A stretch of DNA of 64,000 nucleotides, from NCBI GenBank assembly GCA_963757125.1, contig CAVWQP010000001.1, positions 1,942 through 65,941 on the forward strand. The letters run 5' to 3'. The stretch is from an uncultured Solirubrobacterales bacterium (GTDB lineage: Bacteria > Actinomycetota > Thermoleophilia > Solirubrobacterales > Solirubrobacteraceae). The translations under genes were made by a program, and so were the position numbers. Positions 17,992-26,273 of the stretch are shown in pieces (positions within the stretch are counted from its first letter, which is position 1; every line of letters starts with the position of its first letter). The notes under the pieces are model-generated. The model saw only the letters and a list, made by a program, of their open reading frames with translations, made no database searches and was not told the DNA's origin.

Positions 17992-20185
17992 CCGGGGCCA
18001 CCTGCAGGCCGGCGCGCCGGGTCGCGCGCCGCGGGGCGCGCATGCCGCGCTCGCCGAGCAGCGTCACGACGGCCGGCAGCGCGATGCCGCGGACGATCGT
18101 CGCGTCGATCAGGACGCCGGCCGCCAGCGTGATCCCGAGCATCTTCAGCTCGATGAGCGGCAGGGTCACGAACGTCGCGAAGATCGCGACCATGACCAGC
18201 GCGGCGCTCGTGACGGTGCGTGCGGTCTTCGCCACGCCCTCCGTCGCCGCCGCGCGGGGATCGAGGCCCGCCCGGCGCGCCTCGCGGATGCGCTCGAGGA
18301 CCAGGATCGTGTAGTCCATCGAGAGCCCGAACAGGATCACGAAGGCCGTGATCGGCACCCAGTCGGTGACGGTCCCGGACGAGGTGAAGTCCAGGGCCTT
18401 CTCCGCCCACGTGTGCTGGAACACCGCGGTCAGCACGCCGTAGGTGGCGCCGACCGACAGCAGGTTGAGCGCGAGCACGCCCAGGGCCAGCGGCAGCGAG
18501 CGGAACGTCGCCAGCAGCAGCACCAGCGCGAGCACGAGGACGAAGCCGATGACGAGCGGCGTCGTGTCGCGCATGCGCCGGGTGACGTCGACGCTGCTCG
18601 CCGCGTCGCCCGAGACGCGCATCGTCGCGCCCGGCGCGACCCGCTCGGCGGTCGGGGCGACGTCGGCCCGCAGCCGGCTCACGACGGCCTTCTGGGCGTC
18701 GTCGTCGCCGTCGGGCATGGGGACGCTCACGAGCGCGGTGCGCCCGTTCTCTGCGACCCGGACGGAGATGTCGCCACGGCCGTCGGTGACCGTGCGCGCC
18801 CGCTCGCCCAGCGCCTCGAGACGCTTCTTCGCGGCGGGGGACGTCAGGTCGTCCGCGCGGACGACGAGCTCGGCGTTGTCCGGCGCGCCGGGGAACGCGG
18901 CCTCGATCGCGTGCTGCGCCTGCACGACCGGCTCGTGGTCGGGGAGGCTGTTGACGTTCTCGGACTGCTGCATGTCGATCGCCGGCACCGCGATGGCGCC
19001 GAGGATGCAGACCGTCACCACGAGCGCGGCGACCGGCCGGCCGGTGACGGCGTGGGCGATGCGCCCCCACACGCCGACCCGCGGCGGGCGGGCGGCGCGA
19101 CGGCTGGCACGACGACGGGCGCCAGGCAGGCGGCCGCGGTCGATGCCGTCGCCCAGCTTCGCCAGGACGGCGGGCAGGACGGTCACGGAGCCGACGACGG
19201 CGATCGCGACCACGAGCATCGTGGCGAGGGCCATCGAGGCGAACACCGCGAGACCGGTCACGAGCATGCCCGCGAGGGCGACGATGACCGTGAGGCCCGA
19301 GACGACGACGGCGCGGCCGACGGTCGCCGACGTCGCGCGCAGCGCGGCGTCCGCCTCGCGGCCGTTGCGGCGCTCCTCGCGCTCGCGCCGGACGTAGAAC
19401 AGCGAGTAGTCCACGCCGACCGCCAGGCCGATGAGGACGACGAGCGAGCCCGCGGCGTCGCCCATCGGGGCGACCTGCGAGATCAGGCCCATGCCGCCGA
19501 TCGCGCCGGCGACCGACGTGATGCCGAGCAGCAGCGGCACGGACGCGGCGACGAGCGCGCCGAACGCGATGAACAGGATCACGAGCGTGATCGGCAGCGA
19601 GATCATCTCCGCCTTCTGCAGGTCCTTCTCGACGATCTGGTCGATCGTCGCGTCGATCGTGCCGGGGCCGGCGACCTGGACGCGCGCGTCCGGGTTGGCG
19701 GTGCCCGAGTCGGCGACGGCGGTCTTCAGACCGTCGACGTGCTTGCCCGCGTCATCGGGATCGCCGCGCAGGGTGACCTGGACCAATGTGGTCTTCCCGC
19801 CCGCGGTGGAGAGGGACTTCACGTCCTGCGGGCCGCGGACGCTCGCGACCTCGGGGAGCTTCTCGGCGCGCCGCGTGATGTCCGCGGTCGCCTTGGCGGT
19901 GGTCGCCCGGTCGCCGGAGCGGACGAGGACGCTCTCGACGGCGGGATCGCGGAGGTCGGCGCGGTCGAGGAGCGCCTGCGCCTTCGCCGAGTCGCCGACG
20001 CCGCTCTGGGCCTCGGTCAGGGACTTGGTGCCGACCGTCGTCCCGGCGAAGACGAGACCGGCGATGAGCACGAGCCAGAGGACGATGACCGTCTTCGGGC
20101 GGCGGGCCGAGGCGCCCGCGATCGCAGCGGTGGCACGTCCGAGGACGCCCACGCCCGGTGGTGTGGAAGGGGGGGTGGAGGGCAT
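17981..20185 (-). CDS. MMPL-family (RND superfamily) membrane transporter
   Basis: 734 aa, two 6-TM bundles, and motifs GVDYSLFYVRRERE and GLSMDYTILVLERIREA. Confidence 0.9.
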   Translation of the reverse strand: MPSTPPSTPPGVGVLGRATAAIAGASARRPKTVIVLWLVLIAGLVFAGTTVGTKSLTEAQSGVGDSAKAQALLDRADLRDPAVESVLVRSGDRATTAKATADITRRAEKLPEVASVRGPQDVKSLSTAGGKTTLVQVTLRGDPDDAGKHVDGLKTAVADSGTANPDARVQVAGPGTIDATIDQIVEKDLQKAEMISLPITLVILFIAFGALVAASVPLLLGITSVAGAIGGMGLISQVAPMGDAAGSLVVLIGLAVGVDYSLFYVRREREERRNGREADAALRATSATVGRAVVVSGLTVIVALAGMLVTGLAVFASMALATMLVVAIAVVGSVTVLPAVLAKLGDGIDRGRLPGARRRASRRAARPPRVGVWGRIAHAVTGRPVAALVVTVCILGAIAVPAIDMQQSENVNSLPDHEPVVQAQHAIEAAFPGAPDNAELVVRADDLTSPAAKKRLEALGERARTVTDGRGDISVRVAENGRTALVSVPMPDGDDDAQKAVVSRLRADVAPTAERVAPGATMRVSGDAASSVDVTRRMRDTTPLVIGFVLVLALVLLLATFRSLPLALGVLALNLLSVGATYGVLTAVFQHTWAEKALDFTSSGTVTDWVPITAFVILFGLSMDYTILVLERIREARRAGLDPRAAATEGVAKTARTVTSAALVMVAIFATFVTLPLIELKMLGITLAAGVLIDATIVRGIALPAVVTLLGERGMRAPRRATRRAGLQVAPDVR

Positions 20186-20326
20186 GGGAGCACTCTCGTT
20201 TCGGAGCGCCGCCGTGTCGGTCCCGCGCTCCCCCGTCCTCGCGCCGCCGGCCCCCGTCCTCGCTCGGGGGTTATCCCCCGCCTCGACGCGAGGCGTACGG
20301 TCGGGTCATCCACGAGAGGAGTCGTC

Positions 20327-20704
20327 ATGGGCCAGCCGGTCGTGCACTTCGAGATCATGGGCAAGGACGGGGAGGCGCTGAAGCGCTACTACGGCGAGCT
20401 GTTCGGGTGGGAGATCGACTCGAACAACCCGATGAACTACGGGATCATCGACCGCGAGCGCAACCTCACCGCCGACGGCATCGGGATCGGCGGCGGCATC
20501 GGGCAGATGCCGGAGGGGATGGACGCGCCCAGCGCGCTCACCTTCTACGTCGAGGTCCCCGACGTGGAGGCGTCGCTCGCGAAGGCCGAGAGCATGGGAG
20601 GCACGCGCGCCATGGGCCCGATGGAGGTCATGGACGGGCTCGTGATCGGGGTCTTCCTGGACCCGGAGGGTCACCCCGTGGGAGTGATGACCTCGACGAG
20701 CTGA
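20327..20704 (+). CDS. VOC family protein
   Basis: ATG 20327 follows GAGAGGA. The product reads MGQPVVHFEIMGKDGEALKRYYGELFGWEI...GVFLDPEGHPVGV. This is the only sensible part of the 1418-aa ORF 16448..20704. Confidence 0.85.
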   Translation: MGQPVVHFEIMGKDGEALKRYYGELFGWEIDSNNPMNYGIIDRERNLTADGIGIGGGIGQMPEGMDAPSALTFYVEVPDVEASLAKAESMGGTRAMGPMEVMDGLVIGVFLDPEGHPVGVMTSTS

Positions 20705-20758
20705 GGTCGCCGACGAGCTCTCAGCCCACGCTCAGGCATCCGAGCTAGCGTCCGGACG

Positions 20759-20944
20759 GTGATCGAAGGTCTCTTCCAGCCGACGCACCTCATCATCATC
20801 CTGGTGATCGCCCTGGTCGTCCTCGGACCGAAGCGGCTCCCGGAGGCCGGGCGTGGGCTCGGCGAGGCGATCCGCGGGTTCCGGTCCTCGTTCGACGACA
20901 AGGACGACCCGCCGCAGGTGCGCGACCGCGGCGACCGCGACTGA
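20759..20944 (+). CDS. tatA: Twin-arginine translocase subunit TatA/E
   Basis: HLIIILVIALVVLGPKRLPEAGRGLGEAIRGFR is the canonical TatA TM plus amphipathic helix. Confidence 0.85.
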   Translation: MIEGLFQPTHLIIILVIALVVLGPKRLPEAGRGLGEAIRGFRSSFDDKDDPPQVRDRGDRD

Positions 20945-20960
20945 GCGGCGGACCGCCGCC

Positions 20961-20980
20961 GCGCCGGGGATCCCCGGCGC
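20961..20980. terminator. Perfect 20-nt GC palindrome between convergent tatA and the fasciclin gene
   Basis: gcgccgggga/tccccggcgc, with no U-tract. This is a candidate bidirectional hairpin terminator. Confidence 0.4.
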
Positions 20981-20999
20981 GACAGCAGCGCCGAGCTGC

Positions 21000-21518
21000 T
21001 CAGGACGGAGGCAGCAGCACCCGGTTGATGACGTGGATGATGCCGTTCGAGGCGCGGACGTTCGTCTTGACGACGCGCGTCGAGCCGTTGAGGTAGACCT
21101 TGTCGCGGCGCACCGAGATCCGCACGGAGGCGCCGTTGAGGGTCTTGGCGCTCGTGAGCTTGACGACCTTCGAGGCCGGCACGCGCCCGCGGACGACGTG
21201 GTACAGCAGCACCGCCTTGAGCTTCGCCTTGTCCTGGGCGAGCGCGTCGAGGGTGGCCTTCGGCACCTTCGCGAACGCGGCGTTCGTGGGCGCGAAGACG
21301 GTGTAGCTGCCGCTCGACAGGGTGGAGGCGAGCCCGGCCGAGTTGACCAGCGAGACCAGCGTCGAGAACTGCGGGTCGCCTGCGGCGACCTCCACGATGG
21401 TCTTGTTGGTCCCCGCCTGCGTGTGGGGGCTGGTGGCCGCGCCGGAGACCGAGGTCACCGACAGCAGGCCGACGGCGAGTCCGACAGCGGCGAGCGACGC
21501 TACGAGGCGTCGGGTCAT
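21000..21518 (-). CDS. Secreted fasciclin (FAS1) domain protein, Mpt70/Mpt83-like
   Basis: A signal peptide is followed by FSTLVSLVNSAGLASTL, YTVFAPTNAAF, LLYHVV and NGIIHVINRVLLP. Confidence 0.9.
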   Translation of the reverse strand: MTRRLVASLAAVGLAVGLLSVTSVSGAATSPHTQAGTNKTIVEVAAGDPQFSTLVSLVNSAGLASTLSSGSYTVFAPTNAAFAKVPKATLDALAQDKAKLKAVLLYHVVRGRVPASKVVKLTSAKTLNGASVRISVRRDKVYLNGSTRVVKTNVRASNGIIHVINRVLLPPS

Positions 21519-21559
21519 GGAGAGCCCTCCTCAGGGAGTTGATGCATGGGCGTCGGTAG

Positions 21560-21585
21560 GTACGCGACCGAGCGCGGGGCGGTTG
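21560..21585 (-). promoter_or_regulatory. ECF-type promoter candidate CAACC-N16-CGTAC upstream of the fasciclin gene
   Basis: The minus strand reads CTCAACC gccccgcgctcggtcg CGTAC, about 40 nt before ATG 21518. The same AACC-N16-CGTAC occurs upstream of the divergent sigma gene. Confidence 0.35.
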
Positions 21586-21619
21586 AGCTCCATCGCGCCA
21601 GGAGAATCGTCGTCGGCGA

Positions 21620-21645
21620 GAACCGATCCGCCGCCCCGGTCGTAC
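21620..21645 (+). promoter_or_regulatory. ECF-type promoter candidate GAACC-N16-CGTAC upstream of the sigma/anti-sigma operon
   Basis: GAGAACC gatccgccgccccggt CGTAC lies 36-60 nt before the candidate GTG starts. Confidence 0.35.
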
Positions 21646-21681
21646 ATCGCTCGTGAGGTGCCCTGCACGACCGACCACGCC

Positions 21682-22269
21682 GTGACGCCCCTCCGAGGGT
21701 CATCGGTGACCCGCGAGGACGCCGGCCCCGGGGCCGGGGCAGCCGCCGACCGCCGGCTCGCGGCGCGGCTGCTCGGCGACGACCCGCGTGCGCTCGAGGA
21801 GATCCACGCGCGCAGCGGCGCGGTCCTCTTCTCCTACCTGCGCCGCGTCCTGCGCGACGTGGGCACCGCCGAGGACGTCTTCCAGCAGGTGTTCGCCGAG
21901 GTGTGGCGGCGGCGCCTCGAGTACGACCCGGCGCGCAGCGCGATCACCACGTGGCTGTTCACGATCGCCCGCTCGCGTGCGCTGGACGAGCAGCGGCGGC
22001 GTCACCCGCGGCCCGTCGATCCGGCCGCGCTGCCCGAGGCGGCGGAGCCGCCCGCGCACGACGCCGCGATCGACCGCTGGCTCGTGGCGGACCTGCTCGG
22101 CCGTCTCCCTGCGCTCGAGCGCGAGCTCCTGCAGATGCGGTTCTACGACGAGCTGTCGCAGACGGAGATCGCCGCGCGGACCGGTCTCCCCCTGGGCACC
22201 GTCAAGACGCGGATGGTCCGCGCGCTCACGCGGCTGCGCGAGCTCATGGACGAGGAGGGACTGCGGTGA
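21682..22269 (+). CDS. ECF sigma factor (SigK-like)
   Basis: Region 2 (DVFQQVFAEVWRRRLEYD, ITTWLFTIARSRALD) and region 4 (LLQMRFYDELSQTEIAARTGLPLGTVKTRMVRAL). The start is GTG 21682 or 21706. Confidence 0.85.
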   Translation: MTPLRGSSVTREDAGPGAGAAADRRLAARLLGDDPRALEEIHARSGAVLFSYLRRVLRDVGTAEDVFQQVFAEVWRRRLEYDPARSAITTWLFTIARSRALDEQRRRHPRPVDPAALPEAAEPPAHDAAIDRWLVADLLGRLPALERELLQMRFYDELSQTEIAARTGLPLGTVKTRMVRALTRLRELMDEEGLR

Positions 22270-22952
22270 GCGCCGGTCCGTGGCCCGTCGATCCGGCAGC
22301 GGTGGCGCTCGAGCTCCTCGAGCCCGACGAGGTCCCGATCGCCGAGGCGCTGCTGCGAGACGACCCCGCCTTCGCCGCCGAGGTGGAGCGGCTGCGGAAC
22401 ACGACCGAGCGGCTCCCCGCCATCGACACGCTCGCGTGGTCGCCGCCACCCGCGCCTGCCCTCGACGTCGCGCGCGCGACGGGCCGCCCGCCGAAGGCCG
22501 TTCCCGCCCGTCGCTCGCGGAGGCCGCGGTGGCGCCTCGCGTTCGGATCGGCCATCGCACTCGCCGTGGTGGTCGCCGGCGTGATCGTCCTGTCGGGCGC
22601 GGGGAGCCCGAGCGATCCAGCACCGCCTGCGGTCACGGCCCTGACGCTGCGACCCGTCGCCGGCGCCGGTGGAGGCGGCGAGATCGTCGTGCACGCGTCC
22701 GGGGATGCCGAGCTGCAGGCGCGCGGCCTGCGGCCGAACGGGACGCACGAGCACTACGAGGCCTGGCTGGCCGACCGGGGCGGGCGGATGGTGCCGATGG
22801 GCAGCTTCCGGGTCGGCGCGGACGGGAAGGCCGACGTGCACATGACCGTCGATGCCGATCTCGCGACGTTCGCCTTCGTCGACATCTCGGTCGAGCCGGA
22901 CGGTGGTCCTCCGACGCACTCGGGGACCTCGATCCTCCGTGCGCGTCTCTGA
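22266..22952 (+). CDS. Anti-sigma-K factor RskA-like membrane protein
   Basis: GTGA overlap with the sigma stop, a single TM (AFGSAIALAVVVAGVIVL), and a C-terminal RskA-type domain (HYEAWLADRGGRMVPMGSFRVGADGKADV). Confidence 0.8.
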   Translation: MSAGPWPVDPAAVALELLEPDEVPIAEALLRDDPAFAAEVERLRNTTERLPAIDTLAWSPPPAPALDVARATGRPPKAVPARRSRRPRWRLAFGSAIALAVVVAGVIVLSGAGSPSDPAPPAVTALTLRPVAGAGGGGEIVVHASGDAELQARGLRPNGTHEHYEAWLADRGGRMVPMGSFRVGADGKADVHMTVDADLATFAFVDISVEPDGGPPTHSGTSILRARL

Positions 22953-22970
22953 CGGCGGGCGCAGACCGGC

Positions 22971-25010
22971 GTGACGCACCTCACCGATCTCGTCCTGCGC
23001 CGGCGCCGGCTCGTCGCGGGTGCCTGGCTGCTCCTCGCGATCGCGGGTGTGTGGGCCTCGAGCGGGCTCTCCGGCGCGCTGTCGCAGTCGTTCGACGCCC
23101 CGGGGCGGCCGGCCTTCGAGGCCAACCGGGAGATCGTCGAGCGCTTCGGCAGCGGCGGCGTGATCGCACCGATCGTCGCGGTCGTCGACGGCGCGGACGC
23201 CCGCGACCCCGCAGTCGCGCGCGCGTTCGAGCGCGTCGCCGAGGCGGTGCCCGGCGCACGGCTCGCCGCCGGACCGCACCTCGTCTCAGATGACGGACGC
23301 ACCGCCGCGGCGCTCATCCTGCCGCCGCCGGGGAGCCCTGCGCCCGACGAGAACCCCGAGGCGCTCGCGGCCGCCCGCGACGCGGCGCGCGGTCTGCGCG
23401 TCGGCGACGCACGTGTGCAGATCACCGGGACGGAGGCACTCGCGACGGACTCGGGCGACGGCGAGGGCATCGGGCTGCTCGTCGAGATCCTGCTGGGCGG
23501 GGTCGGCGCGCTCGTCGTGCTCGTGGTCGTCTTCGCGTCCTGGCTCGCGCTCGTGCCGCTCGTGGTGGCGGCGGTGTCGATCCTCACGACGTTCCTGCTG
23601 CTCCGCGGGCTCGCGGAGCTGACCGAGGTGTCCTTCGTCGTCCAGTTCCTCGTCGGGCTCATCGGGCTCGGCGTCGCGATCGACTACTCGCTGCTCGTGG
23701 TCGTCCGCTGGCGCGAGGAGCGCGACCGCGGCGCGGCCGAGCACGAGGCCGTGCCACGCGCGATGGCGACCGCAGGGCGTTCCGTCGCCGTGAGCGGCAC
23801 GACCGTGGCCATCGGCCTGCTCGCCCTCGTCGTCGTCCCGGTGCCGTTCATCCGCTCGATCGGGTTCGGCGGCCTGCTCATCCCGCTCGTGTCCGTGGTC
23901 GCCGCGCTCACCCTGCTGCCCGTCGTGCTCGAGACGCTCGGCGGCCGGCTCGACCGACGCCGGCAGGGCCGCGAACGCGACGCGGGCGCCGGATGGACGC
24001 GCTGGTCGCGCTTCGTCGTCCGTCGCCGTTGGCCCGCGGCGATCGTCGGCCTGGCGCTGCTCGTCGCCCTCGCCGTCGTCGCGACCGGCCTGCGGCCGGG
24101 CCAGCCGTCGGTCGACGCGCTCTCCGCCGGCGGCGAGGCGCGCACGGCGCTCACCGCGCTCGAGGACTCCGGGCTCGGCGCGGGCACCGTCACACCGATC
24201 GAGGTCCTCACCGATGCGCCGGAGCCGGCGGCCGCGCGGCTGCGCGACGTGGACGGCGTGCGCGCCGTCGACGCCCCGGACGACGCGGCCTGGCGCGACG
24301 GCGACCGGCGCGCGCTGCTCGCCCTGCCGAGCGAGGACTCTGCGTCCGACGCCGGCCGCGCGACGCTCGACGCCGTCCGCGACCTGTCGCTCCCCGGCCG
24401 CGGCGTCGTCGGCGGCCCGGCGGCGCAGGACCGCGACCTGACGGAGGCGATCTACGCCGCGTTCCCGCTCATGGTCGCGCTCATCGCCGTCGTGACGTTC
24501 GCGCTGCTCGCCCGTGCGCTGCGATCGGTCCTGCTCCCGCTGAAGGCCGTGCTCCTCAACGTGCTGTCCGTCGGCGCGGCGTTCGGCGTCGTCGTGCTCG
24601 TGTGGCAGGAGGGCCTCGGCTCCGAGCTCATCGGCGGCGTGCCCGCCACCGGCGCGACGACGACGTGGGTGCCGCTCGCGATCTTCGCGTTCCTCTACGG
24701 GCTCTCCATGGACTACGAGGTCTTCATCCTCAGCCGGATGCGGGAGGAGTACGACGCGACCGGCGACACCGACGAGGCGGTGATCCGGGGCCTCGGACGG
24801 ACGGGCCGCCTCGTGACGAGCGCCGCGCTCATCCTCTTCCTGGCCTTCGTCGCACTGGGCGCAGGGCCGAACACGGAGATCAAGATCCTCGCGACCGGCC
24901 TGGCGGCCGGGATCCTGCTGGACGCGACGGTCGTGCGGGCGCTGGTCGTCCCGGCGCTGGTCACGCTGTTCGGCCGCTGGAACTGGTGGCTGCCCGGGAA
25001 GGCGCTAGAG
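22971..25010 (+). CDS. MMPL-family membrane transporter (3' end undefined, no in-frame stop until 27875)
   Basis: Recognisable MMPL sequence runs from MTHLTDLVLRRRRL to ...LVTLFGRWNWWLPGKA at about 25002 (motifs GVAIDYSLLVVVRWREER, GLSMDYEVFILSRMREEY). After that the ORF is antisense to two convergent genes. Confidence 0.8.
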
Positions 25011-26225
25011 CAGCGCGTCGTCGGTGTCGACGACGACGGTGTTCGCCATCCAGTCCGCCAGCCCCCGCCGCCGGCGGGTGAACAGCACCGGCCAGAAGCC
25101 CGCGAAGAACGGGATCGCGGACAGGATCAGCCCGACGAAGCGGACGACCGCCCGCGGGACGGAGATCGGCTCCCGCCTGTTGTCGGACAGGACCCGGAAG
25201 CGCATGACGAGCGCGCCCGTGGTCTGACCCGTCGTGCTCCAGAAGAACACGAAGTAGCTCGCGGCCCACACGAGGTAGGCCGCCCCCCCGACCGCCTTGA
25301 TGATCGTGTCGACCGTGTCGGGGACGTGCAGGGCGGTGACGACCAGCCCGACCACCGTGCCGGTGACGAGCGCGACGACATGGATGATCAGCGCGTCGAC
25401 CGCGAGTGCGATCGCACGCGTGACGAGCCCCGTGTAGGGCACGCACGCTCGGGGGCGCCACGGCCACGCGCTCAGGCCGGCGACGCGCCGCCCGGCAGGT
25501 CCTGGCCGGGACCCGGCTCGACCACGCCGGCGCGTCGCTCGCCGGGTCGCGCGGTCGAGCCAGTCGTCCATGCGCCGCGACCGGATGCGGACCTCGTCGG
25601 CCACCTCGTCCGCGAGACCCATGGTCTGGTGTGCGATGGCGTCGGTGACGGCCTTGCTGCTGGCGATCTGGTCGATCATCTCCCAGAGCTCCTCGCTCGC
25701 CAGGAGCTGCCGGACACCGACGTCGAGCAGCTTGCTCTCGAGCACGCGCGCGACCATGCGCTCCATGCCGGGGCTGTCGGCGACGGCGCCGACGAGGACC
25801 TCGACGCGATCGCTCTCGAGCGTCGTGAGGACGAGGGCCTCGACGCGCGGATCGGCGAGCACCCCGGTCAGGGAGCGCTCGACGACCCCGTCCGCGACCA
25901 GGCCCTCCACGACGCGCTCGGCGACCCCCGCGCGGACGACCTCGGCGGAGACCCGCTCGATGACCGCGTCGCGGATGAGCACGTCGGCGACGTGGTCCAC
26001 GAGCGGCCCGTCGAGCAGACCGGTGATCGCGCGCTCGATCAGCGGGCTGCGCACGATGCGGTCCACGGCGATCGCCGTGACCGGCGAGTCGAGCACGCGG
26101 TCGAGCGCATCCAGCGCGGCGCGCTCGGCGGACGGCCGCAGCCGCCGGTCGAGCGCGCGTGCCGGGCGCATGGCCTCGCGGGTCACGGAGACGGCGAGGT
26201 CCGAGGCTGTGTCAGCGAGGCCCAT
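25005..26225 (-). CDS. RDD-family membrane protein with long N-terminal soluble region
   Basis: The C-terminal RDD-like TM region reads YTGLVTRAIALAVDALIIHVV ... RRRRGLADWMANTVVV. Confidence 0.8.
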   Translation of the reverse strand: MGLADTASDLAVSVTREAMRPARALDRRLRPSAERAALDALDRVLDSPVTAIAVDRIVRSPLIERAITGLLDGPLVDHVADVLIRDAVIERVSAEVVRAGVAERVVEGLVADGVVERSLTGVLADPRVEALVLTTLESDRVEVLVGAVADSPGMERMVARVLESKLLDVGVRQLLASEELWEMIDQIASSKAVTDAIAHQTMGLADEVADEVRIRSRRMDDWLDRATRRATRRRGRAGSRPGPAGRRVAGLSAWPWRPRACVPYTGLVTRAIALAVDALIIHVVALVTGTVVGLVVTALHVPDTVDTIIKAVGGAAYLVWAASYFVFFWSTTGQTTGALVMRFRVLSDNRREPISVPRAVVRFVGLILSAIPFFAGFWPVLFTRRRRGLADWMANTVVVDTDDALL

Positions 26226-26273
26226 GTGCCTCTTCTACCGGACCCGGCGCGTCAGCGCACGAACTGCACGACC

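Noticed and set aside
16448-20704. 1418-aa plus-strand ORF, the longest in this part of the window
   Set aside because: It is antisense to three well-supported minus-strand genes (DHFR-family, kinase, MMPL) and translates to Arg/Ala/Asp/His-rich low-complexity sequence. Only its last 125 codons (20327..20704, VOC protein with RBS) look real. This is a typical high-GC open antisense frame.
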